A DNA stretch of 64,000 nucleotides from Podarcis melisellensis. Taxonomy: Eukaryota. A model generated the notes under the pieces. The model saw only the letters and a program-made list of their open reading frames with translations. It did no database searches and was not told the DNA's origin. Positions 26,549 through 38,964 of this stretch are shown here, in pieces (the stretch's first letter is position 1; every line of letters begins with the position of its first letter). Made by a program: the position numbers and the translations under genes. The stretch is from NCBI GenBank assembly GCA_964234715.1, contig OZ174278.1. One strand, written 5' to 3'.

Positions 26549-28299
26549 GTAGCAATGAAATCAACAAAAAAATCATTAAATATTACAAAAAGTCTAAATG
26601 CTGATTTAGAAGTTAAAAAATAAGCCAAAGTTTTATGCATTATCTTCAGCAAGCCCCCCTCTTCATACTGCTGGAAGTTGTCAAACAATAATCAATAACA
26701 TGCAGTACTTTATATTCTACTAGGAAGTAACATCTAAGTCTAAGTGCCCTGAATGTTGGGAAGATGCTTTTGATAAACCCCACCAAGGCATTTCATTATC
26801 AGGTGTTTTCCATTGTGGAGAGATCAACACATGATGGATCCTTTCCTCAAATGCACTGTTGTTCTTTAGTATTTGGTTCCATATTTTTAAGACATTAAAA
26901 TTTTATTAAGGAGCATGCAACAGGTTTTATGGAGAAATGGGACCCAAACTCTCCAAATGGTATTACTTCTGCACAATGTCTGTTCATTACTATGGGGTTT
27001 AAGTGGAAATCCCACTCAAATGAAAAAAGTTGTGAAATCACCAGTGCAGTGTTTATGGAGTATGCTTTAAATATTCTATTCAGGCTTTTCCAAGTCTTCT
27101 TGCAAATCAGTCTTGAGTTGGGTTTGGTTTTGAGGCAACTAAACTGCTTCAGATTTCCCTGGAGAATAAAAAGCAAATCAACCCGGTTGCTGCTATATAA
27201 CCACAAAATTAAAAGTGCGTGTGGGTTTCAAATGGAAGTGAAATCTTTTGCATCTGCACCCATCTCATAAAGCCAATGCTGATTCGGTAAAGAAACTGAG
27301 TCCTTGCAGCAAAAATCTAAGGAGTTTAACCACCATGGACTACGTTATTTTTGATTCATACACTTTTTATATCTGTCTAAGAAAAAGATCCTCTCTTAGA
27401 TAGCTAATCATCAACATTTCCTTGAGCATATGTCCATGTTATTCAGCTGTGGCTGTTTCCGCTTAATGCACAATCAGTCTTCTGTCTTTAGGCCCACAAT
27501 GGATGCCACAGCAGCTGACCATGATCTCAAACAAGAAAATGGAGGGCTGGCTGATCATTCGCAGCATTTTTTTTTTTTTTTTGCATATATGGGTTATGCA
27601 ATTGTCTCTCTGTATGAGCTTTGTAATTATGCTTCTTCAAACTGCTTCCACATTAGAGTCCTTTAGTATTACTGGGGCACTGCTTCTTCACAAATTGCTG
27701 GAGGAAGAATCAAAATGGAGGTTCCTCACAGGATTAAAACATAGCACTATGTTAACTAGCATTTCTATCACGCCTGCTCACAAGTAAGTTCCATTCAGCC
27801 CTGCCAGCTTTATATATAGTTTATTGCTTACAAGTTCAGCCTCTGTTATTGCTTCCTATTGATCCCAGCTGGGGGTTAGTGAGCAATTACTCCTTGAATA
27901 GCCTCTCTGAATTGCCCTGATGTCAGTTTATGTTCCCACCAAAGGGGACACTTTAATTACTTATTTCCTTTCTCTTTTCATTTTTAATAGTGAAATGGTA
28001 CTTATTCGTTTCTCGACGTGAACAGAAACTAACATTCAGAGCATCTATTCAACGGGCAATTACTCATTAAATCCTTCAGACTGGGATCAACAGGAAGCAA
28101 TTACACAGGAAGAACCTGAAAAAAGGAAGTGTTTAATTTAAAGGCGCAAAAGCCCTGGAAAAATCTTAATAGTGCTTTGTGTATCCACACTTGACAGGCT
28201 GGGGCTGCCATTGCATTGTATTGCAGGAAAATCAGTCATAATTTATCAGATTGTGGGGCAGGAGACATAGGAGGAAAACATGGAGAACACTGCAGTGAT

Positions 28300-28431
28300 N
28301 NNNNNNNNNNNNNNNNNNNNNNNNNNNNNNNNNNNNNNNNNNNNNNNNNNNNNNNNNNNNNNNNNNNNNNNNNNNNNNNNNNNNNNNNNNNNNNNNNNNN
28401 NNNNNNNNNNNNNNNNNNNNNNNNNNNNNNN
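28300..28431. other. Assembly gap (run of N)
   Basis: Continuous N run. Confidence 0.99.
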
Positions 28432-29618
28432 TTACGTTCAAAAGTGAGTGAACAGCAGATGATAATCCCAGAGAAAAAGGGCTAACATGGAAGCAACCTG
28501 CAGTCCCTTCCCTTTCTTAAAGACACTTTTATGGCCCGGAGAATTGTAGTTTTTCCTTGAGGAAACTAGTGACCAGTACAGCACAATTAAGAGGCATTAC
28601 TCTTCTCTAGATGGGATGGAGTAATCTAAAGTGGAAACACGGTGTACTATTACTTAACCACCCTTTTACAGCTTTATTTTAAACAAATGATTTTTAATAT
28701 GGCCTGTGGCAGGACATATGGGCAGATTCAGTGCTAACACAAGGCTACACCTGCACCCTTCCATCACTTGCTGGGAAAAGACTCCTGCACCAGAGCAAGA
28801 AGATCATACTAGGTACTTCTACAAACAGGGGTCATGGAAAAGGAAGAGATGAGGGTGCCATTAACACAAACCTGTGCCCCACAGTCCTAGCCCTGCTGGT
28901 AGACCAAATTTTGCACCACTTGGGACCTGTTGCAAGGGCCTCTCTCTCTGTACATAAAGAGTAAATAAATGTCAAGTTTCAACAGCATGCCGCAGAGGGT
29001 TATGCTGCAACAGCTAAAGCCTTCCATAAGAATATTACTTAGATTATGTAAGCGTATTGACTTCATTAACATTTTCCTCTGCAAATTATTTGAGCCCCTC
29101 TGATCTAAGCAATCTCCTCTTGTACGACAGCTTTTCCGGATGCAATCCATGCATGCAGAAAAGCAGCGATGCTTTGGGGAAGTTCAACTCTTATCACCAG
29201 GTGATGCCCCAGCATGGCTGAAGAGATGGCTGACAGCACCAATCACATGTGATGGAAGGGGTATGAATCCTTCTCCTGTCCTCCCAAACAGGTGCTTTGC
29301 ACTGTCTAAGCAGACAAACACCAGCCATCTGTTTGGCAGAAGTGACCTTCGAGCATAGAAGCATGTGCAGACCATGACTGCACTCTCTAACGTTTGGCCC
29401 GTTTCTTTGTTCAGTCACCTCTAGAAGCGTGATCTGTGCATGAACACCCATTTCTACCTATCACCCTTGTTAGACCATGATGGTGCCATTTTTACTGCCA
29501 CCATTTTTGTCATTCCATGGCTCTGTGCCTACCTACATCATTGGAACTAGGTGCAACCTATAAATCATAGGCCCCTCTGACAGTTGCAGAGAAACAATAC
29601 ATGATAAGTTGAAGTTAT

Positions 29619-29992
29619 AAAGGTAAAGGGACCCTGACCATTAGGTCCAGTCGTGGCCGACTCGGGGGTTGCGGCGCTCATCTCGCTTTACTGGCTGAGG
29701 GAGCCGGTGTACAACTTCCGGGTCATGTGGCCAGCATGACTAGGCCGCTCCTGGTGAACCAGAGCAGTGCACGGAAATGCCGTTTACCTTCCCGCCAGAG
29801 TGTTACCTATTTATCTACTTGCACTTTGACGTGCTTTCAAATTGCTAGGTTGGCAGGAGCAGGGACCGAGCAATGGGAGCTCACCCAGTCGTGAGGATTC
29901 AAACTGCCCACCTTCTGATCGGCAAGTCCTAGGCTCTGTGGTTTAACCCACAGCGCCACCCACGTCCCTTAAAGGTAAAGGGACCCCTGACC
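29619..29992 (-). mobile_element. Full-length Sauria SINE (lacertid type) plus an extra copy of about 23 nt of its own 3' end
   Basis: tRNA-like head GGGACGTGGGTGGCGCTGTGGGTTAAACC on the minus strand (from 29968), ACCTTT tail; 16-bp TSD ataagttgaagttata (29604-29619, 29993-30008). Confidence 0.92.
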
Positions 29993-30787
29993 ATAAGTTG
30001 AAGTTATAGCATCCCTCAAATCAATAATTCTGTGTGAACCTAAATATGACTGGGGAGATGTTAATTTTATTGGAGAGGGCAGATCCAGGTATCCATCAAT
30101 TTGCACACATGGAGCTGTCCATAAAACTAAAATGAAGTGGCATAGCCTTTGCAGGCCATGGGAGCTGTGTTCATCAACTCTCACATGCCTGTGAATAATT
30201 GCTAAACCTGGAAGAACTGGTTTTGATTTATTTATTTATTTTGCCATACTTGTACAAATTATGTAACTAATCCCATTCTCCAAAGATAAGCATTCACCAA
30301 GTTTATTAAACACTGTAAGGATCAGGTAAATTTGCAATTTCTACCCCCGATCTAAATCATCGTTTCTGACATATCTGGCTTCCGTGCTGTCACACAATAT
30401 GCCACAAATCCTAAGTAAGTATTGAAAGCTTAATGAACCTTAAAATACAAGTAACTTTATATGGTGCCAGTGACCTACAGTAAAATGTAAAACACATAGG
30501 AAGCCAACAGTATGATTGGGCATGAACTACCTGTGACTGCTAGTGAGCAGAAGTAGCTGGAGTTAATTCAAAGATTCTGCAACATTGAAACTGATCTCAA
30601 ATATACACACTTAAAAGTGCCTGTACTATGTAAGCCTACAATTTAGATTCCAGAAAACTCTGATTTTATTTCTTTTTTTCACCACCATTTCAGATTTTCC
30701 GTATTTTTAATGGCAACGCACCTTCCACTTGAAATCTCTCAGCAATTTCTCACAGGAAGGTCAATAGTCAAATGTACAAGTCCTTCT

Positions 30788-30869
30788 AATATGCATGTCT
30801 TCTCAGAAGTAAGTACCACTGAGTTCAATGGTGTGTACTCCCAAGGAAGTTATTATAGCACTGCAGCCT
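30788..30869. mobile_element. Short squamate MITE-like repeat (related copies near 6475-6555, 31705-31810, 41077-41161, 43450-43510)
   Basis: Shared AGAAGTAAGT-ccattga.ttcaatgg-TACTC...TGCAGCC layout recurring in the window. Confidence 0.5.
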
Positions 30870-33800
30870 AAAAGTGCATTTTGTGTGCTCAGGTTTTTCT
30901 TGCTTGCTGTAAAAAACAAGCATCATTTCATACATTGCTCAAATATAGCAATTCTTTCGGAATTTGCTTTTTAAATCTACCATAACCTTATAGCCAGTTT
31001 GCTCTGGACATCTGCAATAAATCTTGTATGACATGTTTCTCCTGTCCTTTACTTATTGGGATAGTATCCCCGCCCCAAATTAATACAAACATCTTGTCTG
31101 TGTTAATATGATGTATCTGGGTGTATTTCCTCCTCCTCTGCTGATATAAAATGGCATTCATTTTACCCATTTATTCCATCTCAGTAAATCCGCCTATCCC
31201 CATCCTCACTTTTTGATTTAATTTAATGCCTGCAAGATAAACCCTGTCATTTACAATAATTTATAAACCTTCAGCTTTAAATGCACTCAATCTGTCTTGC
31301 AGCCTGTAAAATATCTGCTCAACATTTCCACGGACAATGTTCATAGCCTATTCCTTTGATATTTGATAATCAGAATAAAGCAGCATATTAACAAGAGTGT
31401 CACACAGTTTCACCAATTAAAAGAACAGCAAATGCCACAATGGCTCCTCTCCAGAGAAGCCTTAAGGATACTGCAAATCACACTGTATATTTTTTTGGCT
31501 AATCTTTTTTCATACAGTTCTAGAGATTTATAGTATAAGACATACTTAGTTCGAAACGTATTTTAACTACACATTCACCAAAAACTAAACGTCAAGGACT
31601 CAAGTATTTAAAAACATTTCACAGTACATTAGAATGAAAATTTAGATGCACTATTGCGCCACTTCAGATGTAAACCACCATGGGCATATAACCATCATGT
31701 TAATGGCACCCAAGTCCCATTGATTTCAATGACACCTAAGTTAGTCATAACTATAATTTCATGTTGATTTCAATGGGACCAAAGTGTAAGTAACTTACTC
31801 TGGTATCCAACTTATTCACCCTGTGTGCTAATCTTTACAGCTATGGATTCCTTTCTATGACAGTAGGTTATTGCTGTTCAACAATTCAAGAAAAGCATTA
31901 TTATTATTATTTGTAGAAACACAGCTGTGCGTTTCTAGAATGTTACAAAAAGGATGATAGTCCACTGCACTTTTTTTTGAAAATCAATTGCAGAATTCTT
32001 ATGGGTGTGGACAGAAGAAGATTTCACTCAAAATGTACCAACAATTATTTCAATCACCTCAACACTTGAATCTTTATTTGCATACAAGGGGATGTTTAAA
32101 ATAATCAAAACGATATATTTTAACAGTGACAAGTGTGCGGATATTTCCTTGTTCAATATCTGACATTTCGATAACACACCAACAATTGCTTCATAGAGAT
32201 GACCAATGAAAAAATATGCTACAGGCTTTCTTTTAAATGGACGTAATTACATTTTTTAAAGTCATGTTATTTAGAAAACATTTGCATTACTTTTAAAAAA
32301 TCTAGGGATTCTGATACAGGTTTTAACAGTGTGAAAGGGTTTGTGTATTGAATTTTTTCTCCATATTAAGTTCGCATGGTGTGTCATACACCTGAAAGCA
32401 GTACAAAATTCTTATGTGTCTTGTAAATAATACTGCAAAGGGGGTTGGAAAAACAACCCACAGTAATATCCATAAAGGTCCTTGGGTGTTAAATACTACA
32501 AACAAAATCTAAAACACCATCCAAAGAAATTATGCATATCTAAATTCTATTCTAAAAAATGAAAGAGAAAAAAACCTTGACAGGATATCAAAGCCTAGTA
32601 AAATGCTCACATCCTCTTAATTTCAGTTAGGAATGTGTCCGAAATAGCCATTTAGAAATGTAAATAATTTTTTTAAAATAGTAAGAGTCTGGTCTGAGTT
32701 TTAGGTGAGGGGAGCTATTCATATTTTATTTATCTTTGTAAACCTAACCCATTCTACCAAGGGGAACATCATAACATGGGTGATTACTTTCTTTTAAAGA
32801 CTTTATAAGCCGCACCCTTTACAGACGATCAAGGAAAAATGGTATACTTCCAAATAAGTCCATGCAATCTAGCAAACTAACTAAAGTCAGGATACAATAG
32901 CAAAAGTGTCATCTTAAACGTAGAACGATTCTGCAAGCTTAGGTGATGTTTAAAGGCACATACATGACACTAGTCCTGAAATGCTTTAGACGTGGGCCAT
33001 GATCAAAAAGACTATGAGCCTCAGGGGACTTCGCACTTGTGTTTCTTAAACTGCAACACAACACCCATCCTAAGTTGCAGAGCAACTGCTTCTGGAATAC
33101 AGAAAACTTTCAGTAGGGTTTTGCGATATGGCACTGAGATATATAGATATAGTATAGATATGATAGATTAGATCCATCCCATCAAGTTGGTTCAAAGGCT
33201 AAGCAGTTCTTTAGATGCCACCAATTAATTTTCTTTGCAAGGGTGGTGTGGTGAAGGAAATAATGAATATACACCTTACACGGCATTCCTAAAGTTTCAC
33301 TGATTTCAAAGACATTCATTCAAGTACAATTCACTTCTTGGCCTGGAGGTACACAATTTTCTCTTCCGTTCACTTAAGAAAGAGTGCTAATTGTATTTTT
33401 TGAAATTCAAAATGCAAAATGAAGCAATATTGAAAAAGGATCTGTACACACTTTGGAGGGCTCATTTTATAAGAAGCACCTTTTAAAAACAACTTTATCC
33501 ATTGAAACAACAACAAAAACAACCTTCTGGGGTGTTTCTCCCCATCATGGGCATGCTAGTGTTTTGATATGTTTTGATTCCTTAGCATTGTCATTTTTTG
33601 AGGTAGAATATTCAGGCTATTATTCTATACAATGGCTGAACTATTCACCAAATTTTACTTTATTGAAATTGAAGCTCTTATAATATTGTATGTTTTAGAT
33701 GTTTCACTGAGCAACACAATTAAAATTTGCGGAATATGTATCGCATCACTGTACATTTAACTAACAGATTCTTTTCCGGACACTCTAAACCATTAATTTA

Positions 33801-34359
33801 GAAGTATTCATTAGCAATTTAGGATGAAATACAAAGAAACCACTAGCAACAATATATATAACAGGTCCTGTAAGTTTTAGAATTTCTCAAACAAGATAAA
33901 ATACTGGAACCAATCCTTTAGTGTATGCTCATTCCCTTTCAAGTCAGTGGTTTTATACAAGTGTAAATGGCTGCAAAGTTTCTAAATAACTACACTAGCC
34001 TGCTACAAAGAAGTGCAATCGAATGAAATAATGCAGGCTGTTAACTTTGTTTCATTGATCTTTAAGAATAACAACAGCCAGCAACATTCAGATTTGCTTT
34101 CTCTTGCCACACTGCCATTTTCTGGTCTGTAAGTCTCTCAATTTGCCCCCAAACACTATTGTACACTTTAATTATTTGCATAATATTACTGCCTCATTCT
34201 TTTCTCCCAAATATTATAGAAGTGCTGTACAAGAAAGCAAAAGAAAACAAGCCATTATGTCTACACTGGCAGAAAGCTTCCTGTTACAGTAATACTGGAT
34301 CACCCAAACCCCTACCATCAGACTCAAAATGTGTGAATAAGGCATGTATGTGTGTACGT

Positions 34360-34386
34360 ACACACACACACACACACACACACACA
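34360..34386. repeat. (CA)n microsatellite
   Basis: Direct inspection. Confidence 0.95.
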
Positions 34387-34652
34387 ATTTTTCTCTAAGC
34401 TGCAAAAAATGCAGTCTGGGTTGTTTCATGGGATTCGAGATGGCTGAAAACACCAACTTAGAGATGTTGGGAGAGATGGCTGTTCCATTAATCTGCTGTC
34501 AAGCCATACAGCATAAAAACCACTGGAAGCTAGAAGATGCCATAATGATAATTTAAGCACTGCTCTAAAGAGAGTGACAAACATAGCCCAAATCTTTTCA
34601 CTTAAGGTTCTTAAAAAGATTTAAACAGTCTATTGTTCAGTCCTCTGGGTAC

Positions 34653-34701
34653 CTTTTTTCTCTTGGCTTTGTTCTGTATTTTCCTCCGCTGCAGTTTCCA
34701 T
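34653..34701 (-). CDS. GPM6B: GPM6B first coding exon (METAAEENTEQSQEKK(G))
   Basis: Matches the recalled mammalian M6b N-terminus (MKPA)METAAEENTEQSQERK. Strong Kozak context gccagccATGG; donor AAAG|gtaccc; phase 1. Confidence 0.93.
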
Positions 34702-35270
34702 GGCTGGCTTTATACCATCCACCAAAAATGCTCTCGCTCCCCGCCCCCAGCAAAGAGTCTCTCTTCCTTCTTTCTTCCTTCCCTTCTGTCTCCTATTTAC
34801 CGCCGCAGTGATTGAGTGGCTCTGTTCCTCACTACAGTAGATTACGCTCCTTTCCAAAATGCACAAAGTCGTGTCAGCTTTAGTTTCGATCTGCCTACTG
34901 GTCCATAAAGATCTCTGCCAGGAAACACTCAGCCATACGTCAGAGACCCCAGTTATAAAATAGCAGGTCTCTGCTCGATTGTCTCCCCACTCTCTGTGTG
35001 TTTGCAATGGGAGCGTGAAGGGGGGGATAAACCCAGCTAGCCTCCCTTTTTTCACATGGTCTCTACTTTCCTGTTCTCCCTGTGAATGTTAATCAATTCT
35101 GTGGTGCAGAATAGATTAGTGACATCAGAAGAGGGGCTGCATCTGAGGGAGTGAGCAGAGCCCCCTCCTGTTGCATGACTCAGCGATGACACTCACCCCT
35201 CACCATCTCTAAGGAGAGCCCATGGCATCACATGACAACAAGACTCCCTTTCCCATGATGATCGCCTATT
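34702..35270 (-). promoter_or_regulatory. 5' UTR and proximal promoter region of the METAAEE-class GPM6B transcript
   Basis: Directly upstream of the first coding exon and apparently repeat-free. Contains AP-1 TGACTCA (35176-35182), CRE/AP-1-like TGACATCA (35120-35127), SOX-like CACAAAG (34862-34868) and ACAAT (about 34978-34982). TSS cannot be determined. Confidence 0.55.
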
Positions 35271-36692
35271 TATTATGCTTGGAATTTTTATTAATTCCAC
35301 ATGCCCCCAGTTCTTTCAAAGAACATGCCTGTTTCCTTTGTAGTTTTAGGTTTTGACTTGAAGGATGCATGGTTTGATCGCAGTTTAGAAAATAAATGCA
35401 TATTTATGCCCATCAAATAACTATGTACCATGTGCTTATATGGTAGTGAGGAGGTTCTCACATCTCTGGGGCAGTTAAGCTATTGTGACCAGTGAAGAAA
35501 GGAGGTGCACAGGTGAGACAAATACTAGAGGTACATAAGATCTCAACTTTCCAAGTTCCAAAGTTAGATTCCTTCTATTTACGAAGAAGCGTCCTTATTG
35601 AAATAGAAGCTTAAAAAAGATTACAGGATGTCCTCATCCAGTCATAGGCAAATTTTTATCAGGAGATGACAGAGAATAGCACATCATTCGCCGAGCTCAT
35701 GTAATAGACGTTGGCTTGAAGATTTTTGCAAATCAAACATTTTCTTTGCCAGTTATTTTGTTTGTTTAGTACTGTGCACAGGGGATCTTAAGATTAAGAT
35801 CTGAGGCAGATGTTACATTTGCACATGAACCGTATTCTCAAGTTTAATACAGATGATGAAAAACCAGATGAAATGTTTTATTTCATGGAGTGTGTTAGAA
35901 GGTATTCTTTGGAGTCATAAACTCCTGGCATTGAAGGAGAGTTGGGGAGCTTCTGTCATGCTAGATCTCCATGTGCAGGGGTTGCCTGCAGTGACCAACA
36001 GCATTCAGACATGTTTTCTTCCCACTCACCCTCTGCATTCTGAGCTGACAGTCCCATGAGCTTTTTCTTCAATGCTCAGATCTGTCCTCAGAGAGCAGTA
36101 AACTAGACTACAAAGCTATCAAATACAAATTCAAAAATCCCAGGTAAATACCAACCTGCTAAACTCAGCGCAAGAGAAAGCATAAAGGAACAGCTAATTG
36201 AGCAAGGAGAACAACTGGATACCCTTTCCTACTTCATCACAACTACAATGGCTCCTGGGACTTCTCACCTGTCATGTCCACTTATCTGCCCCTGTCTTCC
36301 AGGGTGTGAACGGGTGGGGGTGGGGTGAAGCATTCAACATGCTTGAGGTTACCTAATCCCGAAAGGAAAAATTGAAAAATACACATGACTGGGGCCTTAC
36401 TTTTGTGAACCCTGAGTAACATCGCTTTTCCATTTCCAGAGTTTACCAAATGTGTGTGTCCAGGAGCCTTAGAAATTGCATACATGGCAAAGCATTGCAT
36501 TATCTGAACAGTGTGCTATGGCTTCACCCTATGGTCTTCCCTATGAGAAACCCCTGAGATATAGCTAGATATTTGCTGCTAAAACCCAACTCCATTTTTA
36601 AAAAGACATTTTCTAGCATCATATGGAGACTACCAAGACATGAACATCTAGTGTGAGATGCAACAGCTCTCTTTCAGTCATACAACACTCAA

Positions 36693-36982
36693 GAGGAAGA
36701 AGAAGAAGAAGAAGAAGAAGAAGAAGCAGCAGCAGCAGCAGCAGCATTTGGATTTGATATCCCGCTTTATCACTACCTGAAGGAGTCTCAAAGTGGCTAA
36801 CATTCTCCTTTCTCTTCCTCCCCCACAACAAACACTCTGTGAGGTGAGTGGGGCTGAGAGACTTCAATGAAGTGTGACTAGCCCAAGGTCATCCAGCAGC
36901 TGCATGTGGAGGAGCGGAGACACGAACCCGCTTCACCAGATTACGAGTCTACTACTGTTAACCACTACATCACACTGGCTCT
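36693..36982 (-). mobile_element. Squam3-type CORE SINE with compound (GAA)n(GCA)n tail
   Basis: Minus-strand tRNA head AGAGCCAGTGTGATGTAGTGGTTAA, CORE-like GACCTTGGGCTAGTCAC and L2-like tail ...AAAGCGGGATATCAAATCCAAA. Near-identical to the copy at 60.1-60.35 kb. Confidence 0.85.
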
Positions 36983-37081
36983 CAACCTTGTGTGATGCAC
37001 CACTATATCTGCAGCTATACTTCTCCCCACACCACACTATTAAAGAAGATTCCTACATTCTCCCTCCTTCAAACACTAACC

Positions 37082-37219
37082 CAGGGTTGGGGAACCTTTG
37101 ATCCTTCGGATGTTGCTGAACAACAACTCCCATCAGTCCTAGCAAGCATGGTCAACACCCAAGGATGATAGGAGTTGTAGTTCAGCAACATCTAGAAGGC
37201 CAAAGGTTCCTCACATCTG
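37082..37219. mobile_element. Palindromic hAT-Charlie-type MITE
   Basis: Whole-element imperfect palindrome (CAACTCCCATCA ... TGATAGGAGTTG); TSD cactaacc / cgctagcc. Older relatives near 8990-9085, 12026-12105, 16465-16560, 24725-24865, 25710-25816 and 60727-60858. Confidence 0.75.
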
Positions 37220-37998
37220 CGCTAGCCCATGGTAGATGGGATGGGCGCTTGAAGGAACCAGTGAAAATATATGTATCCTTAAAGATAAGATAACTCTTCA
37301 CCCCCATAAATGCAAGAAACAATACTATCAGTGAACCATATCCAAACCACAAACCAGGAACACCAAATTGGAAGCGAGTGTGACACAATTCAGGAGAAAT
37401 TTGGAAACATTAATATGACAAGGCTTGGGAGAGAATCAGTGACAAAAGAGAAGAAGCACAATTTTGCATCCTTCAAAATTCAAAGTATTTTCAAAATAAT
37501 CAGTGTGCATTACAGGAGGCTATTAAAGAATAACATAGATACAACCAAGCTAAGTTTGTGAATTTTGTCATCAACAGAAAACAAATTTCCTTCTCTGACC
37601 ACCACCCTACTTGGACTAGCAAGTCAAGACATTAGAACAGATGTATTTCAAATTTGCAGAAGCAGATCTACATTAATGAGCACAAATTAAATGCATATTA
37701 GATTATCAGCACTCATCCTCTCTGCCGAAATATTTTACATTGTCAGTACCAGCATTTGAAATTTTATATGACACAACCGACTGTGAGGATTGCTCCCTAC
37801 ACCTTGCTGCTTCAACATTAAAAACAAAAAATGGGGGGCGGAATAGTCTAAATTAATGTGTGTGGATTAGAAGGGAAATTGTGACTGGTCCAGAATATTG
37901 ACTCACTCACATAGGAAATGTAACTTTTGGCTAAAAGATATAGGGAACAGGACATGCAGAAAATGGTACGGATTATCTGTCACCTGATAGTAACCAAT

Positions 37999-38001
<3 letters not shown>

Positions 38002-38085
<84 letters not shown>
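38002..38085. repeat. Compound (CT)n(CA)n microsatellite
   Basis: Direct inspection. Confidence 0.97.
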
Positions 38086-38087
<2 letters not shown>

Positions 38088-38397
38088 CAAAGGGCTTTCT
38101 TCCCTCATGCACCAGAATCTCTTCTCCATTGTAGCCAGATGAGTCCAGCCCCAAAGAGTCTGTGCACAAGACCAAGAGACATGACTCCTCCCTTTCCCAT
38201 AACTTCAACAAGCCCTGATCCAACATTAGGGAGGGAGAGGGAAGCTGTTGTATTGTGAGACAGAAGAAGTAGCAAGTGCATTCTTTTCCAGCTACAACCA
38301 TTTCATGACAATCCAATTGTGGGGCTTGTTTGTTTCTTAGCCATCTCTTCTTCCAAGGAGTTCAGGATGCCATTCATGATTCTTCCACCCCAATCTT

Positions 38398-38665
38398 ATC
38401 ATAGGAAGAGTCTGCTGCATGAAAACAGTGGCCCATCTAGTCCAGCATCCTCACAGTGGCCAGCCAGATGCCTATGGGAAGCCCCATAGTAAGCATAACA
38501 GCACTCTATCCACTTATGATTCCCAGCAATTGACAGTCGAAGTACAACACTGCCATCATGGCTGGTAGCTCTTGATAGCCCATTCTACTGGACTGTGGCC
38601 TTATCCTCTTAAAGCCATCCACGTAGGTGGTCCCACTTCTTGTGGTAGCAAATTCCATAGATGAA
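38398..38665 (-). mobile_element. CR1-type LINE 3' end fragment (relatives near 54030-54235 on +, 44810-44862, 61500-61790, 62890-63065)
   Basis: Recurring CATA(A/G)GAAGAG...GGCCCATCTAGTCCAGCATCCT...CAGATGCC sequence, recalled as the reverse complement of a squamate CR1 3' UTR. Confidence 0.55.
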
Positions 38666-38924
38666 CTCTATTACTTCAAACTATAGTTTTATTACCACAA
38701 CCATTTTGAGGGTTAGACAAGAGAGCACTATAGACTGGCCCCCAATCTCCCAGTGAGGGTCACAGCTGAGCAGAAACTTGAACTGGAGCTTTCACAGTCC
38801 TAGCCCAACTCATCAAGCACAACACCACATCGTCCCTCAATGCATGGGTGAAGCTGCAAACAACTTCAAAGCCTTGTTGATTTCATACTTTTGTATTGTT
38901 TCTAAGGCTGCATTTAGTAATATT

Positions 38925-38964
38925 GTGTGTGTGTGTGTGTGTGCATGTGCGCGCACATGCGCAC
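38925..38964. repeat. (GT)n plus alternating purine-pyrimidine palindrome
   Basis: (TG)n followed by the perfect 18-bp palindrome GCATGTGCGCGCACATGC (38943-38960). Confidence 0.9.

Noticed and set aside
31167-31200. Candidate alternative 'MG' first exon (ATGG|gtaaaa on the minus strand)
   Set aside because: Weak donor, no promoter-like context; the 4-nt-coding first exon in mammals lies far upstream and is probably outside this window.
37903-38316. 137-aa ORF and other low-complexity ORFs (poly-L, poly-Y, poly-N, VC/ER repeats)
   Set aside because: Openness is explained by microsatellites; no protein similarity.
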